Below are positions 7,888 through 15,382 of a stretch of DNA of 17,461 nt, piece by piece. The notes under the pieces are model-generated. The model was not told the origin of the DNA. It saw only the letters and a list, made by a program, of their open reading frames with translations, and ran no database searches. The position numbers and the translations under genes were made by a program. How positions within the stretch are numbered: the stretch's first letter is position 1; every line of letters starts with the position of its first letter. This DNA is from Myxococcota bacterium (GTDB lineage Bacteria; Myxococcota; UBA4151), in the NCBI GenBank assembly GCA_040260805.1, contig JBDQPD010000071.1:1-17461 (forward strand), read 5' to 3'.

Positions 7888-8400
7888 CTAGCGGATGTTG
7901 TTGATGCTATTCTTCGTGGTGTCGTGCTTGGTCTTGAGCACATTCGAGATGGTCGAGAACTGACGATTCTCACCCTGCATCTTCTGCTGAAGCGTCAGAT
8001 ACTGAAGGTTGAAGCTCATCTGCATCTCTTGCAATTCTTTAGTCTGATTCATCAGGTCTTGCTGAGCATTACCCGTGCTGGCTGGCGCTTGACCGCCCGT
8101 TTGGCTGTTCACACCCGGGCCAGTGCCTGGGATGTTCATCGTGCCGCCTTGACCGTAGTCGCCGACGTTACCCGCAGCCGAGTTAGCAGCTCCAGCCATG
8201 CCCTGCGCAGCAGCGTTCACAACCGCTCCACCTGGGACGTAAGGAGCAGCGACTGCGGTAGCACCCGCCATCGCATTAGCACCTGCAGCGACACCACGAC
8301 TGACCATCGAACCGAAGTCATTGCGAGGGGTCTGCCGGTTCACCTGCGGCTGATTGTTGATGCGAACAGAACCACCGTTGTTCAAACGATTTACAGACAT
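7888..8400 (-). CDS. T3SS needle/filament-subunit-like protein (SctF-like C-terminal helix) with a long N-terminal extension, 170 aa
   Basis: ATG at 8400 has a TAAGGAG SD (8407-8413). The C-terminus LQQKMQGENRQFSTISNVLKTKHDTTKNSINNIR aligns without gaps to recalled Salmonella PrgI YQSKLSEYNLYRNAQSNTVKVFKDIDAAIIQNFR (10 identities in the last 33 aa). No Sec signal. Confidence 0.68.
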   Translation of the reverse strand: MSVNRLNNGGSVRINNQPQVNRQTPRNDFGSMVSRGVAAGANAMAGATAVAAPYVPGGAVVNAAAQGMAGAANSAAGNVGDYGQGGTMNIPGTGPGVNSQTGGQAPASTGNAQQDLMNQTKELQEMQMSFNLQYLTLQQKMQGENRQFSTISNVLKTKHDTTKNSINNIR

Positions 8401-8447
8401 GATATTCTCCTTATTACACAGTTGCGGCTCATCGCCGTTCACAGTCC

Positions 8448-8474
8448 TTATCGGGTACCCTACTCGTCGGTTGC
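8448..8474 (-). promoter_or_regulatory. Putative sigma28-type promoter for the needle-like gene
   Basis: Minus strand reads GCAACCGA-N11-CCCGATAA, 47 nt upstream of ATG 8400. It has the same CAAC-N15-CCGATAA layout as 6255-6281. Confidence 0.6.
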
Positions 8475-8699
8475 GGCCTCGGTACGCATTTTTTCTCGTA
8501 GATCGAATAATTCGTCGAAGAGTGCTCGTGCCCGCTTGACTGCTAACTGCGCGCGTCGTGCTCCAGCTTTCGCCTTGGGGTCGCCGGATTTCATGAGCTC
8601 ATCCAAGGCTTCCTCTAGCGGCGCTAGTTGGGCATTAATTGCCTCTTCATCGCCCTCAAGGGCGGCTTCAATGCGGGCAAAAATACTATCATCAGCCAT
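8460..8699 (-). CDS. Small acidic helical-hairpin protein, 79 aa; putative YscE/PscE/CdsE-like needle co-chaperone
   Basis: ATG at 8699 has a GGAG SD (8707-8710). LEEALDELMKSGDPKAKAGARRAQLAVKRARALF resembles recalled YscE LEMALTKLKKDMMRGGDAKQYQVWQRESKALESAIAII. Size and position (just upstream of the needle-like gene) fit. Confidence 0.65.
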   Translation of the reverse strand: MADDSIFARIEAALEGDEEAINAQLAPLEEALDELMKSGDPKAKAGARRAQLAVKRARALFDELFDLREKMRTEAATDE

Positions 8700-8713
8700 T
8701 ATGGATCTCCGGA

Positions 8714-9205
8714 TCACTCTGCAATCAAAGGCTCTCGAGTCTCATGGCAGTATTCCACCAAATTTTCCATCCCATCACCATCGTTGTCGCAGAGACTAAA
8801 GTTGATCTCGGCAGGATGAAGACTCCCTAAACAACGACGCGTCGCCAGCGCTGGCGCAATCGTCACCGTCTGCCGATCGAGCTGGGTTTCGGTCAGATCG
8901 ACCGAGCCAGATTGTTGCGCAAGCACCAACAGCTCACCATCGATCAAGACATAATACTCAAGGACCACTTTACGCTCGACCCCAGCGCTGATCTGAGCGC
9001 ACTCGCCCGAAACGGTTTGCTGGTCACGGTCGATGGATAAGGGACAGGCGGCGGCGTGCCCACTGATGCGGAGGCGTGCGCCAGCCTCGCTGAGGTCTCG
9101 ATTGCAATCGAGCATCAAAAAGTCAGGCAAGGGCACCCCTTGATTAACCACCGTTTGCGACTCCCCGCAGGCAGCGACAAGCAACACCAACACAAGCGGC
9201 CTCAT
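8714..9205 (-). CDS. Hypothetical lipoprotein, 163 aa, with a C-terminal DxDxDG Ca-binding-like motif
   Basis: Lipobox MRPLVLVLLVAA-C. Six further Cys residues. Motif CDNDGDGMENLVEY. ATGA overlap with the upstream gene at 9202-9205. Confidence 0.8.
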   Translation of the reverse strand: MRPLVLVLLVAACGESQTVVNQGVPLPDFLMLDCNRDLSEAGARLRISGHAAACPLSIDRDQQTVSGECAQISAGVERKVVLEYYVLIDGELLVLAQQSGSVDLTETQLDRQTVTIAPALATRRCLGSLHPAEINFSLCDNDGDGMENLVEYCHETREPLIAE

Positions 9206-9765
9206 GGCTGGCTATCCTTACCGACAGGAATTAGCGTCACCTTGGAAACGGGACGATCTCGCAGCAAGTTATACGAGCCATAGATCACGCCAGACAACGC
9301 AACCGTACCCAAAGCAGCGTAGACTAATTTCGCGGGCGGTCGCTTGAGCCACCAAGGTCGAATGACCGGCTCGGCGACGATCACTTTAGGGGCGTCCCAT
9401 GGGCGGACCGCTGAAAGTTCACCCGCTGGAGCCTGCAAGACGAAAGGAACCTCTGAGGAACCTACCCGCGTCGGCCCGTTGCCGTGCTCGTCAAAGACCT
9501 CAAAGAAGTAGCGCAGGCCAGCGGTTGCTGGAACGACGGCTTCAAGCCAGCCTGGCGCCACCTGCTCAGGCTCAATGGTCTGCCAAGCTCCTGGGTCAGT
9601 GGCAAAGTACAACGCTGCACCAAAGATTTGGGACTCATCACGAACCTCAAACCATAAGCGCCAATTACCCTGACGATCCGCCGCCTTCGGAGGCTCATGG
9701 CCCACGCGCGGCGGGTTCACGTCGGCTGCGGGAGCAGCCCATAAGATAGCGGCTAAGATCACCAT
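9202..9765 (-). CDS. Exported protein, 187 aa, with a myxobacterial Ig-like domain and a C-terminal hydrophobic anchor
   Basis: Short signal MVILAAILWAAPA. The domain DVNPPRVGHEP...VRDESQI..AALYF...LEAVVP...LRYFFEVFDEHGNGP..VGS..VP is followed by PWWLKRP and the hydrophobic segment LVYAALGTVALSGVIYG. Confidence 0.78.
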   Translation of the reverse strand: MVILAAILWAAPAADVNPPRVGHEPPKAADRQGNWRLWFEVRDESQIFGAALYFATDPGAWQTIEPEQVAPGWLEAVVPATAGLRYFFEVFDEHGNGPTRVGSSEVPFVLQAPAGELSAVRPWDAPKVIVAEPVIRPWWLKRPPAKLVYAALGTVALSGVIYGSYNLLRDRPVSKVTLIPVGKDSQP

Positions 9766-9831
9766 GCTTTAAGGGTACGCCGAATTCGAGGCCGCTGACT
9801 ACCGCCCTAGACCGGTTAGCTGGTCATCATC

Positions 9832-11625
9832 TCAGGGCTTGGGGTGAGTGAGCTTGAGCCGAAACTCGCCGAGCTTTGGGTGGCGAAAGCGCAACACCTC
9901 TGCAGCGCCGGCGCCGAGCACCAAGCTACGCTCAGGTGGTGTGCGACCAAGCGCCGGTCCGCTTTTACGGTAAACAATCGCCCATGGCTTAGCCTGGACC
10001 GAGACGTTGAGACCACGCTCAGAGCGGCGCCAACGCCCCTCGACTGCGAACCCAGGCGCCGTCGCTCGGAAGCGACCGCTCTTAGCCTTGAGATCGGCCT
10101 GACCCAGGCCGCTGACGCGAAGTGAAGAGCTGCTGACTACTAAGCGTGAGCGCTTAGGCTTTGGCGACGGACGAAGCTTCGGAGCTTCGAGGGTTGGAGG
10201 ATTGACCGGCTTGGGCTTTTGAGCTGCAGGCTTACTCCTGCCTGCATCGACGCTCGAACTGCCAGCATCCTTTGCGACCGGCTGACCCGCTGCATTGCTT
10301 GGATTCGAATGGGTCGGCTGAGCGGGCTCTGGGGCGAGCTCCGATGAGCCGGATGCGCTGGAGCCACCAAGGGTCGGCGACCACAATCCCCAGATCAGGA
10401 CGCCGACAGCGAGCACACTGACACCCACCCACAAGCGGCGGGATTCGGACAGCGCGGCTTGCAAAAACAGACTGGTTGTCGACGAGCTGGGCTGAGTCGT
10501 CGGGATGGCGGAGCGCTTCCCTTCCATCACCGTGGGCTGCTCGGCGTCCGGATGCTCGGAGGTGTCTGACTTCCAAAAGTCCGTCCAACCTTCGGGCTTA
10601 TCCATACCCGCAGGGAGCGTCGGCATGGATTCAACCGGCGGATGGGTCAAACGATCCAATCGTTTGAGCTCAGTCGGGTCGTGTTGACCTAGAATTCCAT
10701 CGATGTATTCGATCTCTTCGGTGAAGAGCTCCGCAAGAATTTCGTGCAAAGGTTGAGCAGCAGGCAGCCCTGCAGCAGCTTCTCGCAAGTCCGCAGCGAA
10801 CGCATCGCCATCCGTGTAACGATCGCCCATCCCCTTAGCCATGACCTTATTCAAGACGGACTCAAGCGGGTAAAGGACCGGATCAACCATGGGCGGTAAA
10901 GGGTCGGCTTGAATTGCTGCAAGCGTCCGAGCCAATGATCCACGGTCAAAGGGATGCCGACCTAAAAGCGTCTCATAAAGGACGATACCCAGCGAGAACA
11001 GATCGGTCGAACCGTCCACTCGCTTACCCTCGCTTTGCTCGGGGGACATGTATAAAAATTTACCCTTGAGCAGACCCGTCTCGGTCTTACCATGATGCAG
11101 TTCACTTTTTGCGATGCCTAGATCGATGATCTTCACTTCACCATCCCAAGACAACAACAAGTTGGCCGGGTTGATGTCGCGGTGTACCAAGTTCAGTGGT
11201 TTGCCGTCATGGTCGTTGGCTCGATGGGCATACGCTAAGCCCTCAGCAGCTTGGGCGACGAGGTCGCAGGTCACCGCAAAGGGAAGCGGTCGTCCAAGCT
11301 GCTCGCAACGCTCCAGCAAGATCTTGAGATCCACGCCACTGACGAACTCCATCTCAAGAAAAAACTCATCACCGATACGACCCGCATCGTGGACCTGAAC
11401 GATACGATCGTGGTGCAAACGGGAAGCGAGTCGGGCTTCTGCAAAGAACATCTCAAGAAAATCACCGCGGTCAGCGAGATGACTCAGCATCCGTTTGACG
11501 ACAACGTGTCTAGAGAAACCTTCAGCGCCCTCTTTGCGGGCTAAAAACACCTCGCCCATGCCGCCTTGGGCGATCTTGTGGAGCAACAGATAGGGACCAA
11601 AGTGGTCTCCAACCCGGGCGGACAT
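9832..11625 (-). CDS. Hanks-type membrane Ser/Thr protein kinase, 597 aa, with a PEGA-like C-terminal domain
   Basis: Kinase motifs IAQGGMGEV, VVVKR, HRDINPANLL, KIIDLGIAK, GKFLYMSPEQ and DLFSLG. TM segment LWVGVSVLAVGVLIWGLW, then a Pro/Ser/Lys linker and C-terminal VQAKPWAIVY...LGRTP. Confidence 0.95.
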   Translation of the reverse strand: MSARVGDHFGPYLLLHKIAQGGMGEVFLARKEGAEGFSRHVVVKRMLSHLADRGDFLEMFFAEARLASRLHHDRIVQVHDAGRIGDEFFLEMEFVSGVDLKILLERCEQLGRPLPFAVTCDLVAQAAEGLAYAHRANDHDGKPLNLVHRDINPANLLLSWDGEVKIIDLGIAKSELHHGKTETGLLKGKFLYMSPEQSEGKRVDGSTDLFSLGIVLYETLLGRHPFDRGSLARTLAAIQADPLPPMVDPVLYPLESVLNKVMAKGMGDRYTDGDAFAADLREAAAGLPAAQPLHEILAELFTEEIEYIDGILGQHDPTELKRLDRLTHPPVESMPTLPAGMDKPEGWTDFWKSDTSEHPDAEQPTVMEGKRSAIPTTQPSSSTTSLFLQAALSESRRLWVGVSVLAVGVLIWGLWSPTLGGSSASGSSELAPEPAQPTHSNPSNAAGQPVAKDAGSSSVDAGRSKPAAQKPKPVNPPTLEAPKLRPSPKPKRSRLVVSSSSLRVSGLGQADLKAKSGRFRATAPGFAVEGRWRRSERGLNVSVQAKPWAIVYRKSGPALGRTPPERSLVLGAGAAEVLRFRHPKLGEFRLKLTHPKP

Positions 11626-11649
11626 TACCCTACCCTCTTCACCATCAGC

Positions 11650-14600
11650 CTAGCGATAGCGCAGAAGCGAATCGAGTTCGGCTTGGGCGCGCTCACTAAA
11701 CTCACCGCGTGGGTCGACTTTGAGACTTTCTCGTAGAGCAGCCTCGGCGTCGTCATAGTTGCCACGTTCCTTCTGAAGCATTCCGACGCTTAGGTGACCG
11801 CTTCCGCTTTTCGGCTCATACTCAACGCAGCGCTGAGCGGCGCGCATGGCTTGACGGAATCGACTGCGATCGATCTGCAGCTCGGCGATCCGGCAGTACG
11901 CCTTGCCCATCTTCCGGTTAACTCGAACCGCTTGACGATAAGCTCTTAGCGCATTGCGTGTTTGGTCTTTACCGCCCCAGCGGCGATAGACTTCTGCTTT
12001 ATCGTAATACAACGCAGCGTTGGCGCCACGAATCCGTAAAGCCTGATCCAAATCAAGCAGCGCTTCAGGATACTGCCCTTGATCTCGGTAGGCGCGGGCA
12101 CGCCACTCGCGAGCGTCAGGCGAGGACGAGTCCGCCTGAATCGACTCGGTCAACGCGTTGATCGAGTCGAGCAGTTGGTTCGCTCGATAAAACGACTCAC
12201 CCATCGAGAGTAAGGTCGGGCCGTGCTTCGGACGCAACTGGTCGGCTGTGCGCAAATAGCCCAACGCCTTATCCGGCTGCTTCTCGACAAAGGTGACGCC
12301 GAGGAGATAGGGAATGTTTCCATTTTTACGATCGATGCCAGCGGCGGTCGCCAAGTAGTTACGCGCTTCGTCCACTCGGTCTCGTTTGAGCAAGGTGAGC
12401 GCCAGCTGAACATAGAACTCATCTTCTTCAGGCATCAGTCGGATCGCGCGCTTCATCAAGTTTGCGGCTTCGTCATGGCGCTTCAAGCGATCTAAAATAC
12501 TCGCCTTTTGGACCATATACTTCGGGTTTCGCTCTTCAATAGCGAGCGCTGTCGAGGCCGCCTTCAGGGCATCCTCGACCCGATCTTGCTTGAGCAACGC
12601 TTTGGCGAGCAGGTAGTGCGCCCGCGGTTCTTTTTCAGCGCGCCGAATCGCTTCACGGTACTCTCGTTCCGCAAGCTCATAGTTGTCCTGAGTCCGATAG
12701 AAATCGCCGAAACCAATATAGACCCAAGCATTTTCGGCGTCGATACTGCGCGCCGTTTGCAAGCGCCTGGTCGCGACGTCGAGTTCACCGTCTTGGATGT
12801 CGATGCGTGCCATCGCTACGAGCGCGCGAACAAACTGGGGATCGGTACGCAGAACTTTTTCGTACATCTCACGAGCTTCTTTTCGCTCACCCATCAACCA
12901 AAGCAATTCAGCATGCCAAAATTGCGACGCCGCCGACGGCTTTGCTTGCTTGGCGATCAGCTCTCGGATCCGAGCTGAGCCGCGCTCGTAGGCTGCGGTT
13001 TGAATAAAGACATCAGCGAGTCCGACAATACCCGGCTCGCTATTAGGCGACATCTTCAGCAAGACTTCCCAAGTTGCCATCGAACCGTTGAAGTCGCCGC
13101 CGAGCCGCAAGACGTGCGCTACCCGCTCGACCAACAACGTGTCCTTGGGCAGGAAGGTCCGTGCCTTCTCTAAGAACTTAGCCGAGGCACCAAAATCCGA
13201 GCGACGAAGTTGAACCTCACCCAAAATCTTGAAGATTTGTGCCTTCCAGAGCTTGTGCCGACCGAGCGAATCAATCTGTCGCTTCGCCTGCCTCAAGGTC
13301 GATTCGATCGGTTCGAGTTGCTCTTCAGTGAGCTCTCGCGGGTCGATCTTTTCGATCTGACGCCAAGCCACACGGCTTTGTCCAAGCCATGCATCAGCTC
13401 GGGTCGAGTCACCGTCAGTTACCTTTGCGTAAGCTTGCCGAGACTCCTCGAAAGCGTTCATCCGCTCGTACGCACGTGCCGCTGTAAAATGGGTGCGCTC
13501 AACGTAACCAGGACCGCCAGCCTCAAGCGCCATCTCGCGACGCTGTTCGAGCAGGTCTTTGTCCCCAGCCGCAGCAGCTACCAAAATGGAGAGCTGCAAA
13601 GCCTCGACGTCTTTAGCCTTGATGTGCTTGGCAAGGTAGACCTCCATCTGACCTTCATTGCGATCAGCGAGCGAGCGGCAGGCGCGAGCGATATCAAAAG
13701 CGTTCCCGCGGATCATTTCCTCGGTCATACCCTTGAGGGCGTTGACCATCTTCATCCGCTCTAGGGGCAACTCGAAGCGAACATTTAGATCGCAAGAGAT
13801 GCGGGCAAGCGCCACGCGAGCTTCGAGGTCCTGGTTGGAACTCTTAGTCACCGCATTACGCAACAAGGTGCCGCGTTTCATCAACGCAGCGAGGCGGTCT
13901 TCTTTAAGGACGTCGTTAATCCGCGCAAAGCGCGACGAGGTCGTCGCAATCCCGGCTCGGCTGCGAGGAGCCAGGGCGGTGGAGCCCATTTGCTCACCGC
14001 CAGACGTCCCACCGAGCTGCCAGGCAGCGACACCGCCCACGACAACCAACAAGGCGACACCGACCAGGAGCTTTTTACGTCCGCCTGGTTTCGATTCGTC
14101 ACTGAATTCACCCTGTATGACCTCAACGCTCTTGTTGTCATCCATCACACGGACCTGAACCCCGACGAGCTCAGGCAGTTGTTCTTGATCGGTCGCCCCC
14201 GCAGCAAACTGGGGTGAATCATCGACAGCAGCGAAGCTTGAACCCTCAACGAAGGCTGAGAACTCTGGGTGCGCTCCTAATGGCTGCCACGACTGCCCAT
14301 CGACGCTAATCTCCTCGTTTCCGAGCAGCATCCCTGTACGAAGCATGTTCTCGACACGATCGCCCATGTACGGACCGACGACGTCTCCAGTTGCCATCCG
14401 CAGCTGATACATCGACTGATCAGGCTCTTCGAGAAATTCCTCGAGCTCGCCGCCTAGAACATTGAGCAGGGGGTCTTCTCCATCATCGAGGGAGAATTCA
14501 AAGTCGGACGAGCCGCCACCAGCGATCTCAGTTTCCACGATATCTGGCGATTCAAAGGCGTCATCGACTAATCCAGCCAGCGGGTCATCAACCCCATCGC

Positions 14601-15225
14601 TGGCGATCACCGTGGAAGCCTCTTCAGCCTCTTGCGCAAAAATATCGGCTTCTTCCACCGCTGGCGGTGCGTCATCAAAGTCATCGCCGCCGAACAATGC
14701 GTCTAAGTCTTCTTCCTCCAACGAAGAGGCTTCGCCCGTTCCCGGCAAGGCGATTAGCGGATCGTCATCGTCATCGAAGAACCCATCGAGGTCTAAGCCA
14801 CCATCATCATCTGCGATGTCTTGGGGTGGTTCACTCGAAGGCAGCGGCACGCGCTCCTCCCCATCGACCATGATCGTTCCGGCTAGATCGGATGCGTCCT
14901 CAGCCTCGACGATAAGAGCCTCAGCTTGCTCCGCTAGGTCATCAGCCTCGACGATCAGAGTCGGCGCCTCAGACACCTCATCGGACTCTTCACCGAAAAG
15001 GTCGTCGAGGTCCATCTCGCCGTCGACGCCGCCATCAGGCGAGTCAGCCTGACCCGGTAACGGGATAAAGTCATTGGTACCTAGGTCGCCAAAGTCGCCC
15101 AGATCTTCAAACAGTTCGTCATCAGCATCAGCTGGGGCTGCATCCAGTTGCGCACCACACGAAGGGCAGTCGGTTAACTGCTCATCACCGAGCTCAAAAC
15201 CACAGGTAGGACAAGTCCGTTGCAT
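11650..15225 (-). CDS. Large membrane protein, 1191 aa: Zn ribbon, acidic linker, GYF_2 domain, TM, long TPR array
   Basis: ATG at 15225 with AGAGGG upstream. CPTCG...CPSCG ribbon, then an Asp/Glu-rich linker of ~240 aa. GYF_2-like YQLRMATGDVVGPY...LRTGMLLGNEEISVDGQSWQPL. TM segment RKKLLVGVALLVVVGGVAAW, then many TPR units. The ORF-track start at 15453 overlaps the divergent gene. Confidence 0.88.
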   Translation of the reverse strand: MQRTCPTCGFELGDEQLTDCPSCGAQLDAAPADADDELFEDLGDFGDLGTNDFIPLPGQADSPDGGVDGEMDLDDLFGEESDEVSEAPTLIVEADDLAEQAEALIVEAEDASDLAGTIMVDGEERVPLPSSEPPQDIADDDGGLDLDGFFDDDDDPLIALPGTGEASSLEEEDLDALFGGDDFDDAPPAVEEADIFAQEAEEASTVIASDGVDDPLAGLVDDAFESPDIVETEIAGGGSSDFEFSLDDGEDPLLNVLGGELEEFLEEPDQSMYQLRMATGDVVGPYMGDRVENMLRTGMLLGNEEISVDGQSWQPLGAHPEFSAFVEGSSFAAVDDSPQFAAGATDQEQLPELVGVQVRVMDDNKSVEVIQGEFSDESKPGGRKKLLVGVALLVVVGGVAAWQLGGTSGGEQMGSTALAPRSRAGIATTSSRFARINDVLKEDRLAALMKRGTLLRNAVTKSSNQDLEARVALARISCDLNVRFELPLERMKMVNALKGMTEEMIRGNAFDIARACRSLADRNEGQMEVYLAKHIKAKDVEALQLSILVAAAAGDKDLLEQRREMALEAGGPGYVERTHFTAARAYERMNAFEESRQAYAKVTDGDSTRADAWLGQSRVAWRQIEKIDPRELTEEQLEPIESTLRQAKRQIDSLGRHKLWKAQIFKILGEVQLRRSDFGASAKFLEKARTFLPKDTLLVERVAHVLRLGGDFNGSMATWEVLLKMSPNSEPGIVGLADVFIQTAAYERGSARIRELIAKQAKPSAASQFWHAELLWLMGERKEAREMYEKVLRTDPQFVRALVAMARIDIQDGELDVATRRLQTARSIDAENAWVYIGFGDFYRTQDNYELAEREYREAIRRAEKEPRAHYLLAKALLKQDRVEDALKAASTALAIEERNPKYMVQKASILDRLKRHDEAANLMKRAIRLMPEEDEFYVQLALTLLKRDRVDEARNYLATAAGIDRKNGNIPYLLGVTFVEKQPDKALGYLRTADQLRPKHGPTLLSMGESFYRANQLLDSINALTESIQADSSSPDAREWRARAYRDQGQYPEALLDLDQALRIRGANAALYYDKAEVYRRWGGKDQTRNALRAYRQAVRVNRKMGKAYCRIAELQIDRSRFRQAMRAAQRCVEYEPKSGSGHLSVGMLQKERGNYDDAEAALRESLKVDPRGEFSERAQAELDSLLRYR

Positions 15226-15346
15226 CACACCCTCTCGCGACCGCGAGGCCACTGTCATCGAACCTAGTGCATCACGCGCAAACTCATAGGTCAATTTTGC
15301 GGCCTCGGCCAGACGCGATGTACCTTTGCTGTAACCGCTACGAAGC

Positions 15347-15375
15347 TTGACCCTTGATCCACCCACAGCCACACT
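15347..15375 (+). promoter_or_regulatory. Possible sigma70-type promoter giving a leaderless transcript
   Basis: TTGACC-N17-CACACT ends 7 nt before ATG 15383, and there is no SD upstream of that ATG. Confidence 0.35.
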
Positions 15376-15382
15376 AGCGAGC

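Noticed and set aside
5711..8699. Flagellar gene cluster (fliA with flagellin or FliE)
   Set aside because: There are no flagellin terminal motifs and no flhF, flhG or che neighbours. The C-terminal motifs and gene order match injectisome E-F-G-I better.
7645..8799. 384-aa plus-strand ORF
   Set aside because: It is antisense to four minus-strand genes supported by SDs or start-stop coupling, a promoter and a terminator, and has no recognisable motif.
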